A DNA stretch of 64,000 bases from Lama glama (taxonomy: Eukaryota). The position numbers and the translations under genes were made by a program. Under the pieces are notes generated by a model. The model was not told where the DNA came from and searched no databases. It saw only the letters and a program-made list of their open reading frames with translations. Positions 25,151-38,654 of the stretch are shown here, one piece after another; positions within the stretch are counted from its first letter, which is position 1; each line of letters begins with the position of its first letter. The DNA is taken from the NCBI GenBank assembly GCA_028534125.1, contig CM052817.1:26910001-26974000 (forward strand), written 5' to 3'.

Positions 25151-27289
25151 TTAATCTGTGGACTATAAATGCCAAGTACACGTGATAATCATAGTTAAAC
25201 CCTAAAAACAGAAAATGAAATATTTCACCTACACTCATTCATCTGCCCATCCAACAATTCAATTATTTATGGAGAGTATCCTATGCCAGGTATTATGTTA
25301 AGTATAGAGGAATTCAAAGGGCTAAAACTTTCTTTAAAATGTTACATTCGAGCATTTGAAAAGAACACATTATACTACTATTTAGTATGTTTTCACGTGA
25401 CCCTAGGGATTTGTGGAAAAGTCTGAAAACCCAACAAGTAAGAAATGACACATCATCAGTTGACTACCCCCAATCCATGAGAAGTAAAGAGTGCATGACA
25501 GGGGTTTTCCAACTGTGTTCCAGGTCTCTTAACCTAGGGGTCACCTCTTGACACCTGGGAGACTGGGGACAGATGTAAAGTTTTGCTCAGTCGGTGGAAG
25601 AGAATGAAATTCATTTCCCTGGGGCTGTTCAAGATGAAAGCCATGGAGATGAGCCTAGGAGATGGCAGGAATGATAGTTTTTGAAACAGACGGGAATCCA
25701 AAAAACAATGCCACTGTTCAAGCTCTTTGAGAACTCAGCTTCTGGCCCTCCTTGCAGTCCCAGACTCCTCTGAGAGGTATCCATTATCAAGGCAAGCAGA
25801 TTCGAGAAGACTCAGCCCAGCACACAGTGCCCCGCTGGTCTGGTCCCTACAGCCCTGGGTGCAGCTGACCTCCAGGGCAGCAGCCAGCAGCCACACCCTC
25901 TTGGCTCAGCTCAGGGTCATCCACACTGCTTCCCAGGAATGCTCCCGTTCAGAAGACCTGAAATGGGCCCTATGCCAGCACAGTGTGAGCTCTAAGAAAG
26001 CAAGAAGTTATTTGTATTTACCACTTCATCATTAGTGCCAATGCCAAGCACACAGCAGTGTTCAATAAATGCTTGTTAAATAAACTATCCTCATCGCTCA
26101 AAAGCCAGGACTTGCTAGAATGACAGAAAAACTCATAAACAAACCAGCAGCTCTCAGAAGGGTGAGGTTCCTGACCAGACCAGCACATGCCCCACACACC
26201 TTCACTCTGAGCCAAGAGCAACAGCAGCTTCTTTGACGATAATGCCTGATGCCTTGTGGAAAGTCTTTCCCCTGTTACACTTTTTATGCAAATTTCACTT
26301 TGGACAACACAGCCACCGATAACTTCCAAAATTATAGGTGAAATTTACAAATTTACAGATTTAGGGCTGTTCTCACAATACATTATGCTTCTAACTTCTT
26401 GGGAAAGGCCTCAGGACACCTTTGTCCTGAAAAGCTTCATAAAGCAAATAATAACTCAAAGGCAGTAGCAAAGATCTGAACTTTAGGGAGAAAACTTATA
26501 AACTGTTTTTTTGTCAAAGTAAGGCTGGAGGAAGGACTGATCACTCAATGGTCTAAGAAAACTGGAAAGAGAACACGAGGAAAGCAGGCGAAATCCACCA
26601 TTCATGACACAAGTCAAAGCCAGGCTGCAGCTGCAGTTATAAAAAGAAAGACTAATAGGATTTCCTCCTCCCCCGCCTCCTCCTACCCAACACAGTAATG
26701 AAGATTCACAGCTAACGTATTAACTAGGGAATCAATAGACGTGCTCGGATACAATATTGGTACAGGAAAACATATAATAGATAGAAAAGACACGGATAGC
26801 CTGAAGACCCAGTCAAGTGTTGTGTGCAATATTTAAATCATATTTCTCTTAAAAAACAAAACAAAAACCTACTTCAGGGCCAAGAGCAAGCACGTGATAA
26901 GTTGGCTGCTTTTCTACATTTTGAGAATTTGAGGCATTTTCTCAAATGGAAGTCACACCAATGTTGTCCTATAACCAAAATTTTTTGACTGCAGTCTTTC
27001 TACACCAAACATACTGCTTTTAATTCAAAAATCAATTACCTAATCCTGCGATATTTTTCACTCCTAATACCGACAAAAAGACATACATGTGGATTCACCA
27101 TAGGGCACGTGCGATGAATGCACTCATTGACTCAATCACAACACTGGGCTCAACAGAAATGCCCAGCGCAGACCATCCACTGAACAGCTTCCTGCCACGC
27201 TGGTAAACTGGATCAAAAGACTCCTCCACCGTCCCCGCATTTAATACAATCCTCACCCTTCCCTCCAGCAAGATAGAAAGACCCCTCCT

Positions 27290-27760
27290 CAGCCCTCCTG
27301 GCCGCCCCCAGCTAAGCGCGGACTCTGAGGAAGGGAGGGAGCAGCCTTTGTCCGACGGGCCCCCCCGGGCGCGAGCTCGGCCGCCGACCCCGCTGGTTAC
27401 CTCCGCGCGCACCTGCAGACAAAGGCGCGCCGCCCCCTCCCCACGTCCCTCACCTCGGCCTCCGGGCGGCCCTGGGTGAGGATGCCGCTCGCGCTCGGGG
27501 CCGAGGCCGGAGTGCGGGCACCAGCCACCCCGGAGGAGTCGCTCACAGCAGCAGCGGTGCGTCCCTTCCGTCTCAAGTTGAAGCGGGTGCCATCCGCGCC
27601 TCCCCGCGCCCGGCCCGCCCGCCGCCGTCGATTGGCTGCCGGGGAGGCACGTGGACCGCCGCCCCGCCCGCCCCCCGCCGCGCCGGCCGCCAGGTGCTCC
27701 CGCCAGGTGCTCCCAGCCACCAGGACCGGGCCTCAGAACCTGTAGAGAGGGGCGGAGTAC
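27290..27760 (-). promoter_or_regulatory. APBB2: Intronic CpG island / internal APBB2 promoter with candidate alternative first exon
   Basis: Dense CpG and very high GC. CCAAT on minus (attgg 27631-27635), E-box CACGTG 27648-27653, multiple GC boxes including GGGGCGGAGT 27749-27758. Minus-strand donors downstream: GAG|gtgagg (exon end 27454), CAG|gtgcgc (27413), GAG|gtaacc (27401). Confidence 0.85.
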
Positions 27761-29747
27761 CCCCATCCCAGCATACTCCCATTCTAGGACTAGTATTTCC
27801 CTTTTTGGACTCCCAGGACTTGGAAAATTCATTCTAATCCCAATGAACCTCTTTAAAAAGTTAACATTCCTGGCCTGGGGTTCTGGTTTCTCACACGACC
27901 TGCCTGATCTGTGCCAGGGAGATGGGGTGGGAGAGGGGGTGTACTGCAACCCACAGCCAGAACGCCCCCCGCCCCATACCACAACAAAGCAGAAACAAAC
28001 TGTAGCTGGCTCAGTCAGGCATCAAGTTTTGAACTAAGCTGAAATGTGTTTTACAAATTCCCTACCAATTTACACGAAACACTTAATACTGGCTCAGTCT
28101 TTCACACCTTCCCCATCCCTGTCTCTCTTAAGTCACCTTTTATTTACTGCTGACTTAGCCAAGATGACACGCACCACAACGTTGTCATCTCTAGCTGAGA
28201 GCTTGTCCCCCGCCCCACCATATACATGGAAGCAAAAGTGTCCCGCTGGCTAAGTGACAGCATTTTAAATAAGAGTGCTGGCCAGCCACTGGCCACAATA
28301 GTTTTGAAAGTAAAATCCAGTCTCTTACTGACTATATTCTGTGTATACTGAAAGTATTTCCTCTAATTGTTTCTGGGCAAGAATAAGTTAATGTGATTGA
28401 GCAATTACAAAACGAAACAGGCAGGGGACATCAGACATGTTTCTGCCAAAATCGAAGTTCAGTACACTCCTTTCATAGAGGAAGGAACAGAAAATACAAA
28501 ATACATATGCAAAATCAAGGGACCAGGTAACTACTAAAAGGCCTTGTCTGGGTTTAGTAAAACACACCACAGGTGTCCTGGAAGCTCTTTTTAATGTTCC
28601 TGTTTTAAAAGAGGCTTAAATATCTCACTCATTCAACATTTATTAAGCTCTTCCCAAGTGCCAGGCTCTGTGCTGACAACTCCATATTGGGCTTTTCTGG
28701 TTAACAATTGTCTTTCGAGGGAGGCGTGATTTAATTTGTGGTGTACTTAATCTATGACCGGTAATACCTCAGTTATTTAGAAGAGTTGTTTACAGTGAAG
28801 TGCTTGGCAACCACAATTGTTTGGCAGACACCCCCAACTAGAAGTAAGAGTGGGTTTGAGTCTTGGGGTTCAGCAGTCAGAATCGGTATTACCAACTCTG
28901 GAGACATGAACCGACTTCTCAGGATTGCACCTGTCACTCCTTCAAAGGCTGCCCTTCCTTCCTTACACATAATTCTAGTACTTTGGTTGTCTGAATCTCT
29001 GCCTATAGCCAAGTGGAAGCAACAAATCAGATGGGGCTTGCCAGATGCCCACTGGTGACAGCACAGTGTGACAGCCAAGGGTCTGCTGGCAGAGAAGTCA
29101 TGCCTGACAAGACCTGCCAACTCTACCTCCTACTGCTCTCCAAACGTGCCCCCTCTCGCCTGCTCCTCTGCTACCGCTTAACTCCAGCCATCATCTTCTC
29201 CCATCGGAATGGTCACAGTAGTCTTCTAACAGTCTCTAAGTGTTTACTCTTATACCCAATTGGCTATTCTCACAACAGCCACACAAGTGACCCTTTTAAA
29301 AATAAATCACAAATCCAAGCATCCACGATCCTGCTTTAAACCTCTACAATGGTATCCCACTGATTGAAGACAAAGTCTATAATCATTCCCAGGAGGCCTG
29401 GGATCTGGTCCCTATTTTCTCTCTAGTTAATGCTGCAACCACATCCCTCCTCTTTCTGTCTGCTCCAGTCTCATCTCCTCCCAGTTTTTGGACCACATCC
29501 AGCTACTTCCCAACTCAAGGCCTTCGCACCAACTGCCCCCTCCTCCTGGAATGCTCTTCACTGCACCACTCACTGGGCTAATCTCTCTCATCCTTCAGGT
29601 TTCAGGCCACTGCCTTAGGAAAAACTTCCTCACTGACAGAACTGCCCACCTCACAACCCTAAGCAAACGGACTCTCCTGCATAGTCCTCATCTTCTTCAC
29701 TTTATGGTGAGTTTTATAAACTTATAGTAGTGTCTGGTTTTGTTCCT

Positions 29748-30305
29748 GTAAAGAATTCAGCTTTGGCCAAAGAGAGGTCTGGACTTTGCCCTTGGCTTCT
29801 GGGAGAAAATCCGTAATGGCATGGAATGTCACACCTGATGTGAGTGTTTTTGTTTTCCTGGGTGTCTTGGGTCACACCAGACAGTCTAACAATGTGATTT
29901 AGTGTAGGGGCTTTGGGTCATTCAGCATCAATTCCACCTCTGAAGGAGCTCAGCCACGAGGGTGGTCAGCCATGTCTATGTGATGGAGCCCCAATAAAAA
30001 TTCTGGACACCAAGGCTCGGATGGGCTTCCCTGGTTGGAGACACTCCATGCACACTGTCACACATCAATGCTGGGAAAGCTATGCGGTCCAGGACTCCAT
30101 GGGGAGAGGACCACAGAAGCTCTCTCCAGGACTCTGCCCTATGTACCTCTTCCTTGGCTAAGTTTAATCTGTATCCTTTGGCTGTTAAAAAAAAAAAAAC
30201 CAACAAAACAAAACAAAGCAAACCCCTTAACTGTGAGCATATAACTTGCAGTGATTTCCTGTGAATCCTTGCAGCAGATTATCAAATCTAAGAGTGGTTT
30301 TGTTC
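29748..30305 (+). mobile_element. ERVL-class LTR (MER77/MER21C-like)
   Basis: tttggccaaagagaggtctggactttgccc...ggagccccaataaaaattctggacaccaaggctcgg...gggcttccctggttgg. Confidence 0.8.
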
Positions 30306-31571
30306 CCCACTGTATTTTCAGCAGCAAGCACATTCCCTGACACACAGTCAGTGCTAAATACCTTTAATAATAATCAAATTTAATAAATCAATATTTTTAT
30401 GGGTACTTTTAAAATGAGCATGTAATTGGCATGTAATGCCTTTATAATTTAAGGCATAAATGTCCATTTTTGCCAACTCCTACTTTGGAGTCAAGGTCCA
30501 GATCAAAAGTCACCTCTTCCCTGAAGCCTCTCTCTATTCCCCAGGGCCCACCATTCTTGCCTCTGTGTTTTCTGACCTCTCTCTTCCTTAAGAGCAATCA
30601 GTGGTACTGAAATGTCTATTTTTGTGAAGGACTTATGTTAGATCAACTCTGAATCCCTAGCACTGGGCATGGTGCTTACCCAGAGCAGGTATACAAAAGG
30701 TGTTTGTAGAATGAAGGCAATTTTTAAACAAGGGTTTGGTTTATTGAAGGATAGGTTCAGTTACCTGAAATTCTGGTGCATATTTCAGCTCATTCCCTGA
30801 AAAATAAAGTAGCTGTTACTGTAGTAACTGAGTGTTATAATGGTGTTCTACTCTATTATTTTCTTTTTTCCTTTCTAAAAATAAAAATGTTCCTCAAAAT
30901 TAGTATCCATATTAAAAACCTGACATGCTTTAAATAAAAATATGGAAGCAGATCACCAAACTTTTAAAAGTCATCTGACTCCCTAATTAGAATGAAATAT
31001 TACAGTTTATTTACATAATACATTAAGAAAATTTTAAAAAAATCCAACCACTAATCTTATTCTCCTCTGTACAAACCTAATTGAAAATTCAAAGAGTACA
31101 CCAATAAGCTATGGTGTCTGCAAGTAGCATAGAAAAATCAATTTTATTTCCTTCAGACCTGCGTTTAAACTGGATAATAACTGCTATAATGTGCAACAGC
31201 TATAATCCAATTTCAATTTGTTTGATTAGATGAGTATAAACATTAAACAAGAAAGTCACAGGATTGTCATAACAACATTCAGACTGTTAACTCATTATAG
31301 AACAAGGCATTTTAATTTCCTCCTAGACACCATGCAGCTAGAAAACATATAAATATGGATTTGAACAATCCTTAAATACCATCCACAAAGATCCTTACAT
31401 CGCCTCACCCAAAGATAAAAGCAGCTTTGAACTTGGGGGCCCCGTGAAACTCTTCCCTGAGTTTAGTATGAGGAAAGCTCCAAATGACTCCCTGGACATT
31501 TGAGACTGTATTTAACTGTCCCTTCATATCACAACGCATAATCACCAAGGATATCAAAGCAGCACCTCAGT

Positions 31572-31735
31572 CAGTGGTTCTCACATTACAATGTGCATAA
31601 GAATTGTTGAAATGAAGATGCCTGGGTTCACTCAAAAAGTATGACTAACAGGGTCTGGAGTGACCCCTTGCTCTTACCATATAGGCACCCAAAGGATTCA
31701 GAGGCAGGTGGCCCATGGGCTGTACATTGAGAAAT
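31572..31735. mobile_element. MER5-like hAT MITE
   Basis: Terminal repeats cagtggttctca ... ttgagaaa. Confidence 0.7.
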
Positions 31736-31920
31736 TTTTTCAAGAGGAGGGGATTGGAACACTGTGTGGGTGAAGGAAGTCAAGAGACACAAAGACAATG
31801 GACAATGTGATGCTGTAACTCATTCTGTGTCCCCGCTAGACTCTGAGCTCCTGGGAGCTCAATCATGCTGGCTTCAGGTTTGTGTCTCTCGGGTCCAGGT
31901 CAGCACCGAGCACTTACTGA

Positions 31921-32420
31921 NNNNNNNNNNNNNNNNNNNNNNNNNNNNNNNNNNNNNNNNNNNNNNNNNNNNNNNNNNNNNNNNNNNNNNNNNNNNNNNN
32001 NNNNNNNNNNNNNNNNNNNNNNNNNNNNNNNNNNNNNNNNNNNNNNNNNNNNNNNNNNNNNNNNNNNNNNNNNNNNNNNNNNNNNNNNNNNNNNNNNNNN
32101 NNNNNNNNNNNNNNNNNNNNNNNNNNNNNNNNNNNNNNNNNNNNNNNNNNNNNNNNNNNNNNNNNNNNNNNNNNNNNNNNNNNNNNNNNNNNNNNNNNNN
32201 NNNNNNNNNNNNNNNNNNNNNNNNNNNNNNNNNNNNNNNNNNNNNNNNNNNNNNNNNNNNNNNNNNNNNNNNNNNNNNNNNNNNNNNNNNNNNNNNNNNN
32301 NNNNNNNNNNNNNNNNNNNNNNNNNNNNNNNNNNNNNNNNNNNNNNNNNNNNNNNNNNNNNNNNNNNNNNNNNNNNNNNNNNNNNNNNNNNNNNNNNNNN
32401 NNNNNNNNNNNNNNNNNNNN
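31921..32420. other. Assembly gap (500 N placeholder)
   Basis: Run of 500 N. Confidence 0.99.
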
Positions 32421-32784
32421 GGGCTACCAGAACTTTTTCCCCATAGCACTTTTCATGACTGGTAATTAATTCTCCTCTGTGGAGCTATCAGTTCCATGAG
32501 GCAGGACCCATGAGTGCTTTGGATCTATTCTACTGCTGACTCGAGCTAGAAAGTCAGTTAACATTTGTCAAGTGAATGAGTGGTAGAAAAAGATCAACCT
32601 AAAAATCCAATGATGAAAGTAATTAAATTCTGGCATTACTAGACAGCCATTAAAAATCATATAGTAAAAGTATATTTGCCAACATGAAAAGTTATCAATG
32701 CATCTAATATTTAATGTAACATAAATAAAAAGGGCAAGTTGCCAAGTAAACATCCAGCAATTTCATTTTTATTAAACAGGAAAA

Positions 32785-33520
32785 ATGGAAAGCAGTATAG
32801 AGATTGCTTAAAAAACTAAAAACAGAGTTACCATATGATCCAGCAATACCACTCCTGGGCATATATCCAGAAAAAACTCTAATCTGAAAAGACACAAGCA
32901 CCCCCAATGTTCACAGCAGCACTATTTACAATAGCCAAGACATGGAAGCAATCTAAACGTCCATTGACAGATAATTGGATAAAGAAGTTGCGAGATATAT
33001 ATATATATAATATATATATATATATTATATATATATATATTCATTCACACACACACACACAATGAAATACTACTCAGCCATAAAAAAGAATGAAATATTG
33101 CCATTTGCAGCAATATGAATGGACCTACAGGTTATCATATTAAGTGAAGTAAGTCAGACAGAGAAAGACAAATATCACATGATATCATGTATATGTGGAA
33201 TATAAAAAAAAACACACACAACTGAACTTACTTACAACACAGAAATGGACTTGAAGACATGAAAACAAACTTATGGTTACCAAAGAAGAGGTCAGGGAGG
33301 GATAAATCAGGAATTTGGTATTAACAGATAACAAACTACTACACATAAAATAGATAAACAACAAGGTCCTACTGTATAGCACAGGGGACTACATTCAATA
33401 TCTTGTAATAACCCATAATGAAAGATATATATACACATTATTATGTATAACTGAATCACTATGCTATACACCAGAAACTGACACAACATTGTAAATCAGT
33501 CATACTTAAATTTCTTTAAA
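32785..33520 (+). mobile_element. 5'-truncated L1 (end of ORF2 plus 3'UTR) with internal (TA)n(CA)n microsatellite at ~32995-33061
   Basis: gagttaccatatgatccagcaataccactcctgggcatatatccag, tactcagccataaaaaagaatgaaat, artiodactyl-type 3'UTR. Confidence 0.92.
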
Positions 33521-36500
33521 AAGGAGGAAAAAACTAGATAAATAAACATATGAAAAGACAGAGTGCCACAGAACAAAATCTGAAAAGATATTCATAAAAT
33601 ACATAACAGTCCTTACCTGTGGGTAGCAGAGTTAAAGGAGATTTTAAATTGCAAGCTTATGCCCATCTATGTTTTCTAACCTTGGCTTCAATGAACATGC
33701 ATTGATTTATGCAGTCAATAAACTATTGAAATTTCAAACTATTTGCTTACGTTAATTATTTTTAACAATAATTAAACAACTCATAGTTGGTAAGCTATGT
33801 TTCATTGAGTTAACTAAGGTCTATTTCAGCGAGCTTCATCTTAGGAGATAAGCAGAACTTTTCAAGAGGCAACATAAAGGCCTGCAGGACCTACATATAC
33901 ACCTGACAGTCAGCAATGTCCATGGGGAAGAATCTATGACCAGGACAGGTCTTTTCAGGTTCGTATTGATTTCATTATCTTGTAAAATCCACTTTAGTTA
34001 TATTAAACTTCACATTCAATATACTGACTAATCTACAAACCGTAATAAAGGAGAAGATAAAAATCACAGCAATTTCAGTCACTATTAAAGACAGATTTAC
34101 TAGATATTCTGAAATTATAGTAATATTTTTTCAATCTGCAACAGTTTAACCACACTATATCTCTTAAGTATTACAACAATAAAGAGATAATGCCCCAAGA
34201 TTAATTAATTTGAGTTAGAGTGAAATTGGGTAAAATGATGAATATCAGTAATTTCTGGGAAGTTGAACAAAGGAGCATTTGTAGATGTATATCAAACTGT
34301 GTGAGAAAAGCATCACTGGTAAGACTTAGAATCCTTCAGATCCAGTTTATATTTCACTATAGTAAAAAGTTACTTTGTCTTACACTAAATTAGCATTGGG
34401 CTGGAATGAACTTGCTGATTCATATTATCTTGAGTACAGACTTTTTCTACTTGGATAATTTAATAGGCTGTCTCAGAGAAGAAATTAGTGATACATGAAG
34501 GAGAAAAAAAGAAATTTTGTAACAGATTCTAATTCTCCTTGAAAACCTTCAAGGTCCATGGATCACAATTTTCAAACCCCACCACTCGGACTATCAGAAA
34601 GCCAAGAACTTTAATTTGAGACCACTGTTTTCAAGTTACTCCATCAATTCAAAATTGCCCATTTCTTCTCTTTATGATCCCCTCACCAGCCTAACAAAAC
34701 AGTAGGCTAAAAATTAAGTTCCAGAGCATTGCAGAAGCAAGCTTTAACCAATGAAACACTGTAGGTAATAAGAAATTACTTATAACCTCTCACTGTGAGA
34801 GCGGAACCCACTCTCAGCTGATCTGCTACCAGCATCCTTTAGGTTTTTGAGCTACGTTTCTCAGTAATTTCCTATCCTCCTTCACATGCCTCTAAATTCT
34901 CCTCATTCCAAGCAAAGCAAACAGTTTTGTGTGCCAATAAGAGTTTAGTGAATTAGCCCAAGCAGAATCAGATTTTGTATGGAAGAATGAAATCACCTCT
35001 TCTATGCACCTTTGCCTGGGCATCACATTGCTGAAGCTCCACAGGGCAGAGAGCATCAATGCCTCCTTGTCTGGATGGGCTGGGAACAAGGCAGCTAGGA
35101 AAGGTGCATTCACCACTGCGCTGCTTCCAGCTTGAAAGACACTCATGCATAATCTGACTTACTCCCTTCAAGACATGAGAGCAAGAAACAGGGCATTTGG
35201 ACAGTGAATCTACTGTATTACTCCATCACCCGTGATTGATACTAAGTAGCCACTTAAAGAGCAAAAGTTCTCATATACACACCCCTCTTACAAGCATAAA
35301 AGGAAGATCTTCACTGCAAATTGTCTGCATAAACATGGAGGGGGAAAAAAGGGAGGATATGACAAAAAAATTATAAAGACAAACTTAGAACACACAATTC
35401 TTCCCAAGGTTCTTAACCTTCAATACTTCACAGGAGCAAGCCAGGAATGTATAAACTGATTTCTGTGAAAAGCTATTAAAGAGAGTGCTGTTCTCATCAG
35501 CAAGTCCCTCCCCCTTTTAACCATAATCAATAATTTAAAGCAAGGCCAAAAATCACATCAGCCAAAGTGACCAAGAAAACTTTTTTTGCACAGTGTAGGA
35601 GTAAAATTAAATGAGTGTTAAGAGACTACTATTGAGAGAATTATTAGGTGAAAATTTTAACTGTTTTCCACAGCTTCCCAATACACTGACTTGAAAAGCT
35701 TAATGTTAAACAATAATATATCAAGTATATGTGTCAGAAGAATAAAAAAATTTATCCTTTTTATTACACAAACATTTGACTTGCTGTCAAAGTTTAAAAG
35801 GCCGATTTGGAATTTGACAGGCATAAAACATACTTCAGAACTTGGCAACGTAATTGTAAAAAGTTGTTTTCTCCTTCAGTTCAGCAAATTTCTTAATCTA
35901 AAGTTATAAAATAATCAGCAGGAAGCTCTGATGGCTTGATTACAAGTCACACTGAACCAGCTATTTATTTTAATGTTCCTTGTTCTCTTTAGGTAATGAT
36001 TTGTACCCTAAGGGAGAAGAAGGTCTATTTAATATTTCATAAGACTTTTTTTTTTTTAGATTTGATATCCCAATCCAATGACTCATCCTTGGAAATATAT
36101 TTAAAATTAGAAAGCCATCATGTCTCAAAATGAAAGGTTGAACCTCATCCGTGTGTGTACAATTGATAACTAGGGCATGAAATCTTCCATAGTGTTTCTG
36201 GCTGGGGATCACAAAATGGAGAAAGCTGAAGAACTCTGGCATGTAGGTATATATTCCCATGTTCGTGACTGCCCCTAGAACTCCTTACCAACAATGATTC
36301 TGTGAGCATCTCTCCAAGAACCTAGTGGATTTATCCTAAGCATGTGCTTACTGACCATCCCTCTAGGATGAAACAGAAGGGAATTAGAGTGCATAAAATA
36401 TAAAGTACCTTCAAATTCCAAGATTCTGTGGCCTTCCTTCACATTAAAATGAGATTTTACATTCAAATACTAGCATTCATCAGAGAAAGTCAATTTCACT

Positions 36501-38018
36501 AAACCACAGTTTCCATGTCTGAAAAATGGAAATAATCATATCCAGGAATATTTTGTGAACTGAATGAGATTATGGATGCGAACAGATTGTTCATGCAGTG
36601 GGCGAGAAACAAATGGTCACCATGACTAAGTGAATGTGCCCCAAGGATGATTCAAAGCCAATTTTGACAAGAATTTCAAAGCCGTATTATAGCCGCACAC
36701 ACAATCCCAAGAGCTGTAGAACCAGACTTGACCCAAGTGTGTCATTCCCATTGCACTTGTGCTGAAAGCCCTTGTTTTGATACCCACTCTACTTAAATGC
36801 AAATGAGTAAAGCTTAATGCCTCCCAACAACCCACCCTTTTGTTTACAAATGCCAGGCCAGGGTACACACACAATTAATATTACTGCAGTGAATGCCAAG
36901 TAAATAAATAAAGTTTTCGTCTGCTGTCCTAAGTCTTCCTGGATTTTTCAGTGTTTATACAGTGGGTGAGAAACAAGTGGTTTTTCAGTGGAATGCAGAA
37001 AAGAGAGGAGGTTGATAACGCAGCCTCCTCCTCTATTTCAGTTACTGATGCATGGGATTGACAGGCAGGTGATCATTATTACCTGCTTGGACTCTCAAAG
37101 GAGGCAGCTATCCCACGATGCCTTGCCCCTTCCTACACTTTTCAGGGCTCTGAGGCAGAAAAAAGGCCACGCTCAGCCCAAACAAGATGCTTTCTCCCTT
37201 CGCCTACTCATGGATGCACACAAGAATGGACAGGAAAAATGCCCTCCAGAAGTGTACATTTCTCTGCGAAAGGGTTCATTTCCTGGAAGCAAAACCAACC
37301 TTCTGCATCTAAAATCTATGCTCCCAAAAATTATGGCTTTTCCTTCATTGCTTAGCTTTCATAAAAACAATGTGCAGATGAGCTTAGTGGAAATCAATAA
37401 AATGCAAGAGTTTTTAATTTCCCTTGAGTCGACTAGAAAGTACATTTTTTCCCCAAAGCCATTCCAAGTATGTCAGTTTTTCAAACTAGCTACATATTTA
37501 CTTTGTTTGCTAATGTGCTTGTTTGTTTATTTATCCTCTAATTACTCTAATAAAAAATTCAGAATGACTTACAGACGTGCATGCATCACACAGACATTAT
37601 AAAACCTCCCCCTGCATCCTGGTCTCTGCTACATTGTGCTTCAGAGTGATCGCTGTGTCACGAGAGCCTCAGCTAAAGGGGGGTGTGTTTGCTCCAGGGG
37701 ATGCTGTCACAGACACCGCATTCACGGATTAGATATCATGCAGCCAGGCTTTCTAATCCAACGGCAATAAAGATAACAATCATGCTTTTCAGGAAGAGCA
37801 AATCCGGGCCTCAAAGAGATCTTCAGTGGATTGTCTGTTCAAGTGGGAAAGAAAAGAAGAAAATGAAAGAACACATACAAAATGCTAAAACTATGTCAGT
37901 CATCAAAGAAGAGGTTCAAAAGATGAACCTGAGAATCTTATTAGGGCTCCAGAAACAGAATCCTTTCCCCTTAATGTTCCCTGTTCACACATCTGGCTTT
38001 CAGTCATATTTTCAGGAA

Positions 38019-38072
38019 GGAGGGGAGGGGAAGGCGGGAGGGGAGGGGAAGGCAGGAGGGGAGGGGAAGGCA
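38019..38072 (+). repeat. 18-bp purine-rich tandem repeat x3 (ggaggggaggggaaggcR)
   Basis: Units at 38019-38036, 38037-38054 and 38055-38072. Confidence 0.95.
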
Positions 38073-38374
38073 CTCTGAAGAGACAGACCTTGGTGTGACT
38101 CCTAATCTTACTGGTTGCTTAGCTATGTAACTATAGTCATGATTCTTAAGAGTTTTCTGAGCCCCAGAGGGAGGAAAAGAGGAAGGGAAGGAGGAAGGGA
38201 GGGAGGGGTGGCATCTCCCCTGTAGGACTGTGGTAAAGGTTACATTCCCTCAGGCTTGGACAGAGACTAACACACAGTAGGCATTCACAAAAGCGTGGCA
38301 ATTATCACTCCCATGACATGAGTATTGTAAACGGCGTTTTGTAAACGAAAAGAGTGAATTTCTGAAAGGTTAAT

Positions 38375-38570
38375 CAGTGATTCTCAACACTGGCTGCACA
38401 GTGGGATGATCTGGAGAGCTTTAAAAAATACTGATACCAGAGCTTTAAATAAATACTGTCCCCATCACATACCAGTCAAATCAGAGTCCGTGGTGGGAAC
38501 ACCCCAGCAGAGATAATTTGGTAAAGCTCTCTAAGAGATTTTAATGTACAGTCAGAGTGAGAATCACAGG
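38375..38570. mobile_element. MER5A-like hAT MITE
   Basis: cagtgattctcaacactggctgcac...gtgagaatcacag; small internal duplication agagctttaaa(t)aaatactg. Confidence 0.8.
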
Positions 38571-38654
38571 GTTGAATCCTTACCCAGGAAAACCCCACAC
38601 ATTTTATCCTTACCCATCATATGCTTATATACTATAGGTCTTTGGCCCGCGTGC

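Noticed and set aside
27095..27982. 295-aa ORF across the CpG island
   Set aside because: Gly/Arg/Pro-rich product expected from GC-rich promoter sequence; no recognisable homology.
36988..37602. 204-aa plus-strand ORF
   Set aside because: Non-ATG start, no recognisable family, antisense to APBB2; likely chance.
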